64,000 nucleotides of DNA from Mustelus asterias (lineage: Eukaryota): positions 67,766,001-67,830,000 of the forward strand of contig NC_135804.1 in the NCBI RefSeq assembly GCF_964213995.1, given 5' to 3'. The translations under genes were made by a program, and so were the position numbers. How positions within the stretch are numbered: position 1 is the first letter of the stretch; every line of letters starts with the position of its first letter. The notes beneath the pieces were generated by a model. That model did not search any database, was not told the origin of the DNA, and saw only the letters and a program-made list of their open reading frames with translations. Below are positions 35,631 through 49,790 of the stretch, in pieces.

Positions 35631-37389
35631 AAATAGACGAACAATTAATTTCTGAGAAACGACGTGAATCGCATGCCTGAGAATAACAAGAATCCGACCT
35701 GCTTTGAAAAGAACGCTCGTGATTCTGCAGTGTAACCATAATATATGCAGATAGACCAGAGCGAAATGTTTCCAACACCGGCTTGGAACATGAAAAATAT
35801 GTGCATAGCAGTAAAAGTTTACATAGCAGTAAAAGTATAAAAGTTACAAACAAAAATGAACGTCATGACCATATGTCAGCTCGAGACTCTGTCCATTTTC
35901 CATTGTGCGGCTGAAAGGACATGTTTCGCAATAAACTGACATTCTGATGTTCCTGTGGTTACCTTATGTCAGTAGAACCAGAAGCTCATCCGGTGGATAG
36001 CTTTTTTTGCGAGAAAAATGCAAAGGGGCAGTTTCATTTGAAAAAAAAATCATAAATTTATTGAATTTAATCATGTTACTGATGTAAGAATTTAATGATT
36101 GTTTTTGTTTCAGCTTGCTTACAGTTTATCTCTCAAAATCAACTTTGAATACAGAGATGCATTGATGGTTACGAGGTGGCGCTTCTTGATCCGGAACATA
36201 TTTCCTCGATATCGGGTGAGTACACAACTTGAAAGCCAAGAAATAAATTATGCCGTTCAAGTAAACAGACGGGAATTGTGTGTTATTCATTGACAAACTA
36301 AATATGCACATTCGTCCGGTGAAAATCCTGGAATTTCCTCCCCTACGGCATTGTGGGTCAACCCACATCACATGGAATGCAGCGATTCAAGAAGGCAGCT
36401 TTCCACCACCTTCTCAAGGGCAATTCGAGATGGGCAATTAATACTGTCCAGTCAGCGACGTCCATGTCCCACGAATAAATAACAATTAACGACTGTGTTG
36501 AATTTGTAGGAGATGTGAATTGAGTCATATTTGGTGCTTTGCAGGCTACTCCGGCTAACCAATTACGCACCATATGTTCATCCCATGACGGAATGCATTG
36601 GAGTAATGTGAGGAATAAAAATGGTGATCCATTCAGCTGGACTGTTCCTCTTGTGAAACATAAAATATTTGTGAGGAACCAGTGAAGTCTTTAAGCTTCC
36701 AATACCTCTTTGGCAATGACATTAATAGGGTCTTTCATTTGATACGGCGGAGAAATGTTTTGTAATTGTCATTAAAAGAGCACGGATACTGTATTCGGAC
36801 GGCTGTTTTAAGGCCTGATGCGTACCGACTGTCTAATACTTTACGGAAAGCGATTAATAATTTGAGCCGACTCCTAAAATGGAGACGCCTGCGGGGAAAT
36901 ACATATTTTGAAAATAAAAGATTCGCAATCGATAAATCGGAAACTGAATTTGCATTAATCCCCAGGATGCACACGAGCGTGGTGACGACAGATTCTCTGC
37001 GCCGAACTGAGCACGTTATATAAATATGGGCATGATAAGTGGCGAGTTTTAAAACAGATGACCCAAGCACGGAACCGGAGTTTTATCAGTGCTCAAATTC
37101 TTTGTTGCATCTAGTGTGTTCTCTCGTTAGTTGATATCTCATTGATTCAATCGAACTGCACGAATATTGACATCTACCATGCGGAGTCACCGTTATGGGC
37201 GGACGTCCATCTCTTGACATTTCCAGATGAACGTTGTTGCCAACTTTTAAACCTTGTCATTTGCACTCAGCTTTGCCGAATCCGTTGATAAAGGTACTCT
37301 CTCTTCACTCTGTTCGTTGTGTAATCGTCCACAGCAAAGCAGGACTGAAAAGAAATGGCACTCCCAGCGTGCGGCATATAGTTGCTTAA

Positions 37390-39172
37390 AAATAGAGCAT
37401 AGAACAGTCCAGCACAGAACAGGCCCTTCGGCCCACGATGCTGTGCCGAGCTTTATCTGAAACCAAGATCAAGCTCTCCCACTCCCTCCCATCCTGGTGT
37501 GCTCCATGTGCCTACCCAATAACCGCTTAAATCTTCCTAAAGTGTCTGACTCCACTATCACTGCACGCAGTCCATTCCACACCCCAACCACTCTCTGAGT
37601 AAATAACCTAGCTCGGACATCCTTCCTATATCTCCCACCATGAACCCTATAGTTATGACCCCTTGTAATAGGTCCAACCACCCGAGGAAATAGTCTTTGA
37701 ACGTTCACTCTATCTATCCCCTTCATCATTTTATAAACCTCTGTTAAGTCTCCCCTCAACCTCCTCAGCTCCAGAGAGAACAGTCCTAGCTCCCTCAACC
37801 TTTCCTCATATGACCTACCCTCCAAACCAGGCAGCATCCTGGTAAATCTCCTTTGCACTCTTTCCAGTGCTTCCACATCCTTCTTATAGTGAGGTGACCA
37901 GAACTGCACACAATATTCCAAATGTGGTCTCGCCAAGGTCCTGTACAGTTGCAGCATAACCCCACGGCTCTTAAACTCTAACCCCCTGTTAATAAAAGCT
38001 AACACACTATAGGCCTTCTTCACAGCTCGATCTGCTTGAGTGGCAACCTTCAGAGATCTGTGGATATGGACCCCAAAATCTCTCTGTTCCTCCACAGTCT
38101 TCAGAACCCTATCTTTGACCCTGTAATCCACATTTAAATTAGTCCTACCAAAATGAATCACCTCAAATTTATCAGGGTTAAACTCCATCTGTCATTTTTC
38201 AGCCCAGCTTTGCATCCTATCTATGCCTCTTTGCAGTCTACAACAGCCCTCCACCTCATCCACTACTCCACCAAGCTTGGTGTCATTAACAAAGTTACTG
38301 ATCCACCCTTCAGCCCCCTCCTCTCAGTCATTAATAAAAATCACAAATAGCAGAGGACCACGCACTGATCCTTGTGGCACTCTGCGAGCAACCTGCCTCC
38401 AATCCGAAAAATGTCCATCTGTCTGTGATCAGATAGCCAGTTACCTATCCAATCGGCCAACTTTCCCTCTATCCCACACCTCCTTACTTTTATCATAAGC
38501 TGACCATGGGGGACCTTATCAAACACCTTACTAAAATCCATGTATATGACATCAACTGCCCTAACTTCATCAACACACTTAGTTACCTCCTCAAAAAATT
38601 CAATCAAATTTGTGAGGCACGACTTGCCCTTCACGAATCCGTGCTGACTATCCCGGATTAATCCGTATCTTTCTAATTGGTCATAAATCCCATCTCTAAG
38701 GACCGTTTCCATCAACTTGCCAACCACCGAAGTAAGACGAACCGGCCTATAATTACCAGGGTCATTTCTATTCCCTTTCTTAAACAGAGGGACAACATTC
38801 ACCACTCTCCAGTCCTCTGGCACCATCCCCGTGGACAGTGAGGATCCAAAGACCAAAGCCAAAGGCTCTGCAATCTCATCCCTTGCCTCCTAAAGTATCC
38901 TAGGATATATTTCATCAGGCCCAGGGGAGTTACCGACCTTCAGTTTATTCAAAACTGCTCGTACATCCTCCATTGGAACATCTACTTCCTCCAAGTTATT
39001 AGCCTGTAACACCTTCTCACCCTCAAAAACATGGCCCCTCTCCTTGGTGAACACTGAAGAAAAGTATTCATTCATCACCTCCTATCTCTACTGACTCCAT
39101 AAACAAGTTCCCACTACTGTCCTTGACCGGCCCTAACCTCACCCTGGTCATTCTTTTATTTCTCACATAAGA
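37390..39172 (-). mobile_element. CR1 LINE ORF2 RT/3' part
   Basis: ORFs 37469-38188 and 38341-38862 with NYRPV.LT, QHGF, DFSKVFDKV and RPHLEYCVQFWSP. Confidence 0.93.
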
Positions 39173-39264
39173 ATAATGTAAAATACACCGCCAAAATGTC
39201 TGTATGGTGGTAGTAAGTCTCAGATACGCAAACAAACCTCTATAATCGATGCGCCTCATGCAGA

Positions 39265-39965
39265 TATTATGGTTCAGGTTAGAAACTCCAAAGTGTTTTA
39301 TGAGGCCCTCCTGAGCCAGACGTTTTGCATCTTGAACATAGCTAGGATAAGCACGAGATGTTTCATTCTAGGTATTATTCAAGTGAGCCCACAAGGGAGC
39401 TTTTATGAGACAAAATTTAATTAATTATTTAATCAAAATGTATAGCAAGAAAATTGCCAAGAACGTTTATCAATTAGAAACAAGATCAAAACAGTCACAC
39501 CAGTATTTAACCCTTAATGCATCTATGTAATGATGTTCCAATCAAAACCAAAATCCAATAAACAAAATCCCTCAGACAGATTTATCACTGCACAGGCTAA
39601 AGCTCACATGATACTAGAATCCAGTGTGTTGAATTCTGCTGTCAAATGATCTTGAAAACTCAGAGCACCCTGCAGTCGCATGAGCTCCGCAACGCACCAA
39701 ACCACAGATTGATTACTGCAGCATGGCTATAAGCCTTTCTTTCATTAAACTGGTAAAATTTTCAAAGCAGAACTGGGAGAGAAACTTATTTTCTAGCTTG
39801 CTGCTGAGACTGCTTCGAAGACTGCAGCCAGACCTACCCATAGCTTTTTTCTCCACCCAACAATGACATCACCTAAGGCTGTGAGCATGAAATCATTTTT
39901 TAAAAAACATCTCTTAAAGGGACACTAACCTCACACAGTAAAACTATAAATGTTCCTGCCATTAC
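39265..39965. mobile_element. Possible solo LTR
   Basis: ~700-bp block from (TA)TTATGG to CCATTACA that resembles Gypsy-type LTR ends; no clear TSD seen. Confidence 0.3.
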
Positions 39966-41483
39966 AAAAACAAGACAATATTCGCTCAGCAACTCTGCAG
40001 TAGCAACTGCTGATCGAATATCCCGTCATCAATCTTCTGTTATGGCTGATCATCAGCACCTTCGGCAGTAAAGTTACAATGTAATGAAAAAAAACCGATT
40101 GTTCGAGCAGTATAATTGCTGAACACGTTATACACGTTGGCTATGTTTCACATTACTTTATTTTTTTTCAAAATTTGCTGCATTGTTTCTTCTAAATTGA
40201 TTACATAGTTCACTTTCCTAGTTGGAGAGCTGATGGCGCAGTGGGAATCCAACTTCTACCAATAATTCAGAGACTCAGGATAATGGTTTGGGAACATTTG
40301 TTAAATGTCATCGTGGGAACCACTGGAAATTTAATTAACTCAATATAATTTGCAATTGAAAGCTAGTCTTATTAAAGTTGATCATAATTTGAAAAAAAAA
40401 TTGATTGTTTTGCACACAGCCTATGCATCACCAAAGGTTTCCAGGAAGTAATTCTGCCATCTTTGCATTGTCTGACATACAAGTGATTGCACACCGACAG
40501 AAATATTATTAGTTACTAATTGTCTTCTGAAGTTACCGAAGAAAGGCACTTGTGGCATGCGGCGTGCAGTTTTATAATGTACAATACACGGCCAAAATAT
40601 CTGTGTGGTGGTAGTAAGTCTCAGTAATGCGAATTCAGTTCATGAAGAATTACGGAAGGGTATCAGATTCAGACGATGCAAACAGCACCACCATCCCGTG
40701 AATTAACTGGGATAAATGAGAAACTGCTGGAGTTCTGATCTTACAAGGGTAAAACTCCCCGAAATTAAAAATTATTTTTCGATCAGGTCTATCATCTTAT
40801 CGTTCGGCTACAGGTGTCATCCACATTAAGTGTTGTATTGGTGACTGAATACATTCACACTGAAGCGAAGTACATAAAGTAAGCGGATTTTAACTTCTGG
40901 TTGCAAATGCGGAGGTAAATAAATCGCATTTCAAAACTACATGCAAATTAAACAAAAACAAACACGTAATACATTTTATGAACAGGTATTCCTGAGCAGC
41001 ATCACAGCAAAGCAAAAATCTTTGCAAAACGTTTCTCGTGGAATATGGGAGAGGCTGCCAAAACGTCACTGTTGCCCATATATATTTCCTTTTGAAAAGT
41101 TCGTCGTGGTCGCTTTCTTGAATGCTATTATAATTCTGCTGCGGGAAAGCCCGTTTTGTTCGAGGGAAAGGAATTTCAAGATGTTCATCATGTTCGGCGG
41201 AAACCTTCTTTCGTTTCCTCTGCCAATGTGCCAGCGTCGGTGAACGATTCTTTCAAAGTTCATACAGACTAAGGACTAACAAACCATTGCAAACCATAAG
41301 CCACTGCCGCAAAAATGGACAGCATTACTGTTTGATGTGTCAAAGATTAATATTGCCACGAATGGATATCCACTTCTTTTGCAGTTGGTGTGCACCTGCA
41401 AATTCATTGACGCCAATCTAGTCAACACAGTATCAGGATGTGACATCAATCTCCAAGTGTTACGCCAGCAGGATTCGACTCAT

Positions 41484-43730
41484 GGAGCCCGATTTTACCA
41501 TTGCGTCGCGCCCATTTTCGGACGCAAAAACGTGGTAACGTCGGGTGTGAGGCCATTGCGTCTGCGCAGATGCCCACTTTACCAAGGCCGGAAAATGGCC
41601 GCGATCCAATTCGCGCCCGAAACGGGCGCAACGGCGATTTAAATGAATTTGCATTCATTTAAATTGAATTAATGGGCTGCCCGCCCACGTTTATCAGCAT
41701 TTTCCCCTTTACCATCAAGTTCATAAGTCCAGATATGGCGTGAAACAGACATGCTCGGCCAAGGTCTGTCTCGAGAGCTCCAGCTTCTGAAGAGGTGAGT
41801 TCAGAGCTTCCAACGGCTGTCTGACTCAGATCGGTGCTGGGAAGGGTGGGTGGGGGGGGGGGGGGGGGGCTTGGCGGGGCGGTGGAGAGAGGCGGGACAG
41901 ATCATTCTGATCATTCTCTGGTCAGGCGGGGAGGGATGTCAGATCGTTTTCTGGTGGATGGGGAGAGGGAGGAATGCCCGATGGTGTCTGGTTGGGGGGA
42001 GGGCGGGGACGGGGCGTAGGCAGAGAGAGGTCAGATTGTTGTCTGGTGGGGGGGGAGGAGGGAGACCTGATCATTCTCTGGTGGGGGGAGACGGAGAGGT
42101 TGGGGGGGGGGCGTTGGCAGGGGGTCACCATTGGGGGGGCGGGGTGGATTGATAAGGGGTACAGTTATGTTGTGGGGATGGGGTGATGTCTGTGGGGACC
42201 ATCGCTCCTGCTTCCCACTCCCGAGCCGCAAAAAGTGGACAAAGTGGCCCGGGAGCGATGTGACATGGGCACATGTTTAATATTTTTCTCACTGCGCATG
42301 CACAATTCAAAGCTCCGATCCTTGCAACAGCGTTTCCGGCACGCTAAGCCCCGCACACATCGCAATTCAAGCTTTTTTGTCAGGCTAAGTGCGTATGGGG
42401 GCGCTTCGGAACAGATTTCCCAAGGGGCCCGACTTTAACATTTTGATTCGACATGCTGAATTTGGGCGCAATTCAGATCTGTACTGTAAAGGCGTTCTCA
42501 GGCGCCCCCATACGCACTTAGCCTGAAAAAAAAGTCATGAGTCTGAATTGTGCTGTGGGCGGGGCTTATCGCTCCAAAACGCTGCTGCTGCGATCGGAAC
42601 TTTGAACTGCACATGCACAGTGAGAAAACAATTTGCAAAATGTGCCCCTGTCACATCTCTCCCAGGCTGCAAAAAGCGGATAAAGCAGCGGGGGAGTGAA
42701 AAGCGTGAACGATGGCCCCCACAGAGATCACCCCACCCCCCACAACCCGACTGTCGCCATTATCCAGCCAATCCCCTCCACTACCCAGATCGATCATGAC
42801 CCTGTGCCCCCTTCCCCCTACCGATTGCCCGCAGAGTGGCAGCAGACCCCTCCCTTACTTGTCACCCCCCAACCCCCCCACCAGAGATCCATCTGGCCTC
42901 CCTCCCACCCCACCAGTGAGCGATTGGGCCTCCCTCCCACCAGAGAATGATCGGGCATCCCCCCCACCAGAGGATGATCATCCTCCCCCAACCAGATAGT
43001 TTTCTGGCCTCCCCTCCCGCAACTAATGATTGGGCCTCCCCCCGCCAGCCCCCCCCCACCAAATAGTGATCGGGCCTGCCCCCGAGAGAATGATCGGGCC
43101 TCCCACCTCCCTCCCCCCTCCAGTAAATGATCAGGCCTCCCTCCTTCCACCCTCCCCGAGAACGATCTGGCCTCTCCCCACCCCACCAGAGAATGATCGG
43201 GCCTCCATCCTCCCTCCATTCTCTCCCCAGCAGCCCCCCCCCCCCACCCCCCCTCCCACCAGAGATGCATTTGACCCTCCTCCCTCACCCTCACCAGAGG
43301 ACGATTGGGCCTCTCTCCTCCCCTCCTTCGCCCCCGCAACCAGAGAATGATCTGACCCACCTCCCTTCCCCCCAACCCAACGATCTGAGTCACAGAGTCG
43401 CTGGAAGCTCTGAACATACGTCTTCAGAAGCTGAAGCGCCCGAAACACTCCTTTGCTGAACATGTCTGTTTCACGCTGAATCTGGATGGGCGAACACAAT
43501 GGTAAACGGAGAAATGCTGGTAAAGGTGGGCGGACAGCTCATTAATTCAATTTTAATGCATGCGAATGCATTTAAACCCCATTGCGCCTGTTTCGGGCGC
43601 GATTTGGATTGTGGCCATTTTCGGGTCTTGGTAAAGTGGGCATCTGCGTGGACGCGGGCATGGATCGTGTTAATGGCCTCACGTCAGACTTTACCAAGTG
43701 TTCGCGTCCGTACAATGGTAGAATCGGGCC
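41484..43730. mobile_element. Palindromic (foldback) non-autonomous DNA transposon, Harbinger-like ends
   Basis: Ends GCCCGATTTTACCATTG / CAATGGTAGAATCGGGCC. Arms 41484-~42415 and ~42490-43730 are reverse complements along their length. Both contain G/C-rich minisatellite units (CCACCAGAGAATGATCGGGCCTCC). Confidence 0.85.
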
Positions 43731-43732
43731 TA

Positions 43733-43990
43733 CAGAATCAAAGAATCCATACAGTCCCAAAGGATGCCATTTTGGCCTGTCCAGTCGGCACTGGCAGCAA
43801 TCCCACCCAGACCCTCCCCCTGTAACCCCACGTCGTCACTCTGCAAGTCCAGCTGACACGAAGGGACAATTTAGTATGGCCAATCAACGTAACTCACACA
43901 CGTTCGGAGTGTGGTATGGAATTGGAGCAAGCGGAGGAAACTAACGGAGACACGGGGAAAACGTGCAAAATCCACAGAGACACAGATCCG
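43733..43990 (-). mobile_element. HE1/V-SINE-type SINE, degraded
   Basis: GGACAATTTAGTATGGCCAATCAAC and GGAGGAAACTAACGGAGACACGGGGAAAACGTGCAAA. Confidence 0.7.
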
Positions 43991-45989
43991 CATTTAACTC
44001 TCCACAAAAACATAACTTAGCCTGGTGTGGTGGAGCGAAAGTAGCGGCTCGTGACCAGAGATGTATCTGTGGTATTGGCTGAAGACGCGTCGCTTTGCGT
44101 TTAATGCATTTCCACTTTCCCAGTAAATTCGCATGAGCTTTTGTAGTGGAAATAGGTATTACGAGAAGAGTTAAACATATTTATCTCCATTTGCAAGAGA
44201 TATAAACAGCAAAATTGAAGAATAATTTCTCAAAGGATCAAACCTCAAAATCCTTATTGAGACAGCAGCGACCGAATAAAATCTTGTTCGTTTGAAAAGT
44301 TATTACAGTGGCCCGGATTTTGTTACCTGAATAGAAGTGTTATTTAAGGTTATTCATTGTTTTTTGGGGGAGGGAACTGTACAGCAAGATATGCCGAAAG
44401 ACATAATTTCCTATGTTTCCTAATGGTCATCGAAACAATCTTCAAGAATTGTCGCAAGTGGTCGATTTCTAAAGCGGCAGTGCCCAGAGCTGCGCCAATT
44501 TGTGAAGATTGCTAACAAGCTGCAGAGGTTTTAGCGATCTTTGGTTTGAAGCTGTTATGAGGAGGTGCAATACACAACGTACAGGGACGTTGGCAGTAAT
44601 TGCATGAGATGGACACAATCTGTACTTTGTAATCCAAGACAAAAAACATTCCGATTTGGAAATGTGTCCCTTTCTTCCATCTTCTTGCGTAAAATTCTTG
44701 GAAAGCACTCTCGCCGAGTGGTCCAGATGCTATATTCAGTGCCGCAGCTCAAAGACGCTTTTTGCACCGTATTAAGCTCAGTTGAGGATGGTCATCAAAG
44801 TTTGCTCTTGTCAGTGACATTCTCATGCCATTAATGTCACGCACAGGTAACTTTGCCCTTGGATACAAACATAAGTAATCACGCAGGACCACACATACAA
44901 AGCAACTTCTGAAAGAGAGGGGGACGCAGGTAGACATATAGACTAACAGATATGCTCTTTGAGAGATGCAAAGGCAAATAAAGCAAAATGCTGCAAATGC
45001 TGAAAATATGAAGCAAAAATACAAAATTATGTATATGTTCACGCGGAGAATGAAACAGAACTAGCGTTTCGAATCGGACGTTTTCCTGTCCTGAGTTTAA
45101 GAACAAAATCCAGGCCTTTGAATTGAAAAATTCTAACGCACGACATGTTATTCAGTCTCTGTTGTCTCACTAAGGATTCTAAGGTCTGAACCTTAGATTC
45201 TCTCCAAATATAAGTCAAGATCTGCTGATTATTCCGAACATTTCATGCATTGATTAAAGGGAGGGGCGAACGTTAAATCAAAACATACAAATACCTTTAT
45301 AGAAAGATAGAAGCAGGAGTTGGCCATTCGGCCTTTCGAGCATGTTCAGCTGTTCACTGTGATCAAGGCTGATCATCAATCCAACACCTTAATCTCGCCT
45401 TCCCTCATGTCTGCTGATCCGTCTAGCCCTAAGAGCATTATCTAATTCCTTCTTGAAATCACACAACGTATTGACCTCAAATACTTTCTGTGGAAGTGAT
45501 TTCTGAAGATTTACCACTCCCTGCGTGAAGAAATGTTACTTTACTCACTCTTAACAGGTTTATCCATTATTCTCACACAATGCTCTCTCGTTCTGAGCAC
45601 CTCCACCATCGAGAACAATATTTATTTATCAACATAATCTAATCCTGCAAGAATTGTATAGGTTTCTACGAGATCCTCTGTCATTCTTCTAAGGTTCAAT
45701 GGGTGTAATCATATCCGATTGAACCTTTCCATATATGGCAGTCCCACATTCCAGGAAACAGCTTCGAAGAACGTTTCTGCCCTCTATCACAGCACAAATA
45801 TCCTTCCTCTGATAAGGAGGCCAGAACTGCACAGAATACTTCAGATGTGACCTCAGCAACGTCATATACAATTGCAGCAACACATCCCTCCCGACTTCTA
45901 CACCAAAATCCTTTTGCTGTGAAGTCCAGCATACATTTTGTCTTCGGCACTGCCTGCTGTAGCAAAACGTTTACTTGAATTGATTGATG

Positions 45990-46935
45990 CACAATTTGAT
46001 TTGATTTGATTATTATTGTTACATGCATTTGTATTCAGTGAAAAGTATTGTTTCTTCTGCACTATATAGACAAAGCATACCGTACATCGAGAAGGAAAGG
46101 AGAGAGTGCAGAATGTAATGTTACAGTCATAGCCAGGGTGCAGAGAAACATTAACTTTATGCGATGTAGGTCCATTCAAAAGTCTGATGGCAGCAGGAAA
46201 GAAGCTATTCTTGATTTAGTTGGTATGTGCCCACAGATGTTTGTATCTTTTTCCCGAAGAGAGCCTGCCCGGTGTGCGTGGGGTACTTAATTATGCGGGC
46301 TGCTTTTTCGGGAAGGCTGCCCTGACGTCTGCAATGGTGACCTCGCATACAAGTTCGTTTCAAGGCTTCTGGGGTGGAGAGCGTGGCATATATTGCATTG
46401 AGCTCATCGGGGAGGGTTGCGTTGGTAATGGCAATTTTACATGCCTTCATCTTGTACGCCTTGCAGAGCTTGCCATAGTCGTGGGGAGTCCGTGTTGCAA
46501 GCCTCGGACTTACGTTCGTCCTGTACTGGCTTTTGGCATCATTGTTCGATCTCCTTCGGTCATATTTGACTTTGTTGTATAGGTCAAGGTCGCCTGACTT
46601 GAATGCTTCAGACCTGGACTTCAGCAAGCCGTGCATATCGCTGTTCACCTATAGGTTCCGGTTGGGAAACACGCGATTTGTTTCTTTGGCACACAGTCTT
46701 CCAGACATTTAGGAACAAAGTCAGTTACCGTAGTGGCGTAATCGTTGAGGCAGGTCGCAGAATTTTTTAAATACTGACCAGTCTTCGACTGTACACTGTC
46801 CCGGAGGAGATCATCCAATTCCTCAGGGCAACATTGCACGGCTTTCATTGACGGATTCTCCCATTTCAGTAAGCCAGGAGCAGGAGCACAGCCTTGTGGT
46901 CTGAAATGGTCTCGGTGATTATCCACCTCTCTCAA
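45990..46935 (-). mobile_element. Rex1-type LINE fragments
   Basis: (ATTTG)n tail at ~45995; LLKSRSEAFKSGDLDLYNKVKYD and LNDYATTVTDFVPKCLEDCVPKK. Confidence 0.75.
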
Positions 46936-47149
46936 TTGACCCCCTGACAAATAATAACATGTCTTCTTCTTATTTCTACTGAAGGGATAAACTCATATTT
47001 ATCCACATTATATTGCACTTGCCATGCATCTCCTCACTCACTCAGTCTGTTAAAGTCACACTGAAGTATCTCTACTTTCCGTCTGATACATCACTCGCCA
47101 TCCAACATTGCATTACCTACAGATGTTGAGATAATGGATTTAGAATCGC

Positions 47150-48790
47150 CAATACAAATGCACCCCTCCCCGATTAGCTCAATACATTTTATGCCCGTAT
47201 TGAGCAAGAGATCAGCGAGAGCATGCCTCCTACTCCAGAAGTCTCGGCCAAACTGATGTCCGAGTTCACCATCACATACGTCAGATCAACTTTCTCGAAA
47301 GTCTACCCTCGGAAAGCAAATCGTCCGGATGGGATACCCGGATGAGCACTCAGATCCTGTGCAGACCAGCTGGCGGATTATTCCCAGGCATATTTAACCT
47401 CTCTTTCCGCCAATCTGACGTCCAAATCTGCTTCAAGAAGACGACCCTCATCGCTCTCCCAAACAAAAGCCAGGCAGCTTGCCTTAATGACTGTCATCCG
47501 GTGCCTCTGACATCCATCATTATTAAGAGCTTCGAAAGTTAGTCATGGCACAAATCAATTCCAGCCTCCCAGATTACCCAGATCCATTACAGTTCACCTA
47601 TCGCTGGAACAGGTTCACGGCAGAGGCCATCACCTTGGTGCTGCACTCAACATTGGAACACCTGCATAAGAAATTCACATATGTCAGACTCCTATTTACT
47701 GACTACAGCTCAGTCTTCAACGCCATCATTCCTACAATATTCATCTCCAAACTCCATAGTCTGGGGCTCGTCTCCTCCTTCTGTGACTGGATCCTAGCCT
47801 TTCTAACTCACAGATTGCAATCAGTAAGGATAGGCAACAGCACCTCCTCCACGATCATCCTCAACATTGGTGTCCTCAGCCGCTTCGCTTACTATGCTTC
47901 GTATAAGCTGTGTGACCAAATTCCCCCCCGACTCGACTTTCAATTTACTGATGATACCACCATCGTGGGTCGGATACCACCGTAGTGGGTCGGATCTCAA
48001 ACAATGATGTGATGGATAATAGGAAAGAGATAGAGATACTGATGAATTGATGCGAAGGCAATAATCTCTCCCTCAATGTCAAAAAATTGAAGGAGATAGT
48101 CATCGACTATATCAAGGGGGATTAAGCGGAAATGGTCGCAAGGTTCAAATTTCTCGGTGTCCAGATAACCAAAAAACCTTTCTAGTCCCTCCACTTTCAT
48201 GCTGTAGCTAAGAAAGCACAACAACGCCTCTACTCTCTGAGGAGGCTAAATACATTTGACATATCTGCTCAGACTCTCACCAACTTTCAAAATTCACCAT
48301 AGGAAACATTTTTTTCTGGTTGTTTCACAGCTTGGTGTGGCTTCTGCTCTATCCAAGACCACAAGAAACTACAAATGGCCGTCAACGACGCCCAGCCAAT
48401 GTTGCAAAGTAACCTCCCATCCATTGACTCAGTCTACACTCCCTGCTGCCTTGGAAAAGCAGCCAGCATAATCAAGGAGCCCACGCACTCCCGACATACA
48501 CTCTTCCACCTTTTTCCATCAGGAAGAAAGATATAAAAGTCTGTGGTCATCGACCAACCGACTGAAGAACAGCGTCTTTCCCTCTGCCATCAGACTTTTG
48601 AATAGACCTACCTCGTATTCAGTTGATCTTTCTCTGCACCTTACCGACGAGTGTAACATTACATCCTGCGCCACCTCCTTTCCTTCTCTATGTACGGTAT
48701 GCTTTGTCTGTATAGCGCACAAGAAACAATAGTTTTCACTGTATAATAATACATGAGACAATAATGAATCAATTCAAATCAAATCAGACC
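47150..48790 (+). mobile_element. Rex1/Babar-type LINE RT + 3' end
   Basis: CLNDCHPVPLTSIIIKSFE, DPLQFTYR, YVRLLFTDYSSVFNAI, CDWILAFLT and FTDDTTIVG; tail AATCAAATC. Confidence 0.85.
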
Positions 48791-49534
48791 AAATTAGTTC
48801 CCACTTCCAAATCATTAACAGTCTAATGATGACCATGAAACCATTGTCAATTGTTGTAAGAAATCATCTGGTTCACTAATGTTCATTAGGGAAGAAAATC
48901 TGCCATCCGTAACTGGACTGGCCGACATGTGACTCCAAATCCACAGCAATGTGGATTAAATCGCCTTAAGTTTGTCAATAATCGCTGGCCCAGCAAGCAA
49001 TGCCCACATCCTGTGAATGAATGAAAGGAATGTATCCACATTGAACTGCATGTGTGTGTATATGCCAACTCTATCAGTCTGTCCAAACCACACTGAAGCA
49101 TCATTGTATCCTCCACAATGCTCACCCTCTCACCTGGAAATCATCATCTGTAAATTTCGAGATATTGCATTTAGTTCCCAAATCCAGATCATTCATACGC
49201 AATGTGTACAGTTGAGGTCCTAGCATTGATCGCTGCACTGCCCTACCAGTCACTGCCTGCCAACTGATAAGAGACCCATTTATTCCAAACTTTGATTTCT
49301 TCCTGCCAAACAGCTTTCCCTCCATGTCAAGACACTACCCGCAATCCTAAGCATCTCAACTTTATATTGTAGTCTGCTATTTGTGACCTTGTCACAAGAT
49401 CTCTGAAAATTTAAATAAGCCACTCCCACGTGTTCACCTTCTTCAATTCTACTCGTGCCATCTTTGAAGAATTCCAGTAGATTTGTCAAGCATGATTTCC
49501 TTTCATCGATTCAAGTAAGGTTTATTTATTTGTC

Positions 49535-49790
49535 AAAAGTGGGCTTACATTCACACTGCAATAAAGTTACTGTGAAAGTCCCCGAGTCGCCACACGCTGG
49601 CTCCTGGACACTGAGGGAGAATTTAGCATGGCCAATTCACGTAACCTGCACACCTTTGGACTGTGGCAGAAAAGCAGAGCACCCAGAGGAAACCCACACA
49701 GGGAGAATCCCTGAAAGTGCCCTAGGCCGGAATCGAACTCCGATCCCTGGCGCTGTGAGGCAGCAGTGCTAACCACAGTGCCACCGTGCT
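49535..49790 (-). mobile_element. HE1-related SINE
   Basis: Reverse complement CACGGTGGCACTGTGGTTAGCACTGCTGCCTCACAGCGCCAGGGATCGGAGTTCGATTCCGG. Confidence 0.8.

Noticed and set aside
35626-35853. ORF with a signal-peptide-like start (MFVTFILLLLCKLLLLC)
   Set aside because: The hydrophobicity comes from a short duplicated T-rich motif; no domain or exon support.
41834-43499. Many overlapping G/P-rich ORFs
   Set aside because: Artefacts of GC-rich minisatellites in the palindromic element.
44749-45042. Hydrophobic 97-aa ORF
   Set aside because: The N-terminus overlaps an A-rich decayed repeat; no recognisable domain.
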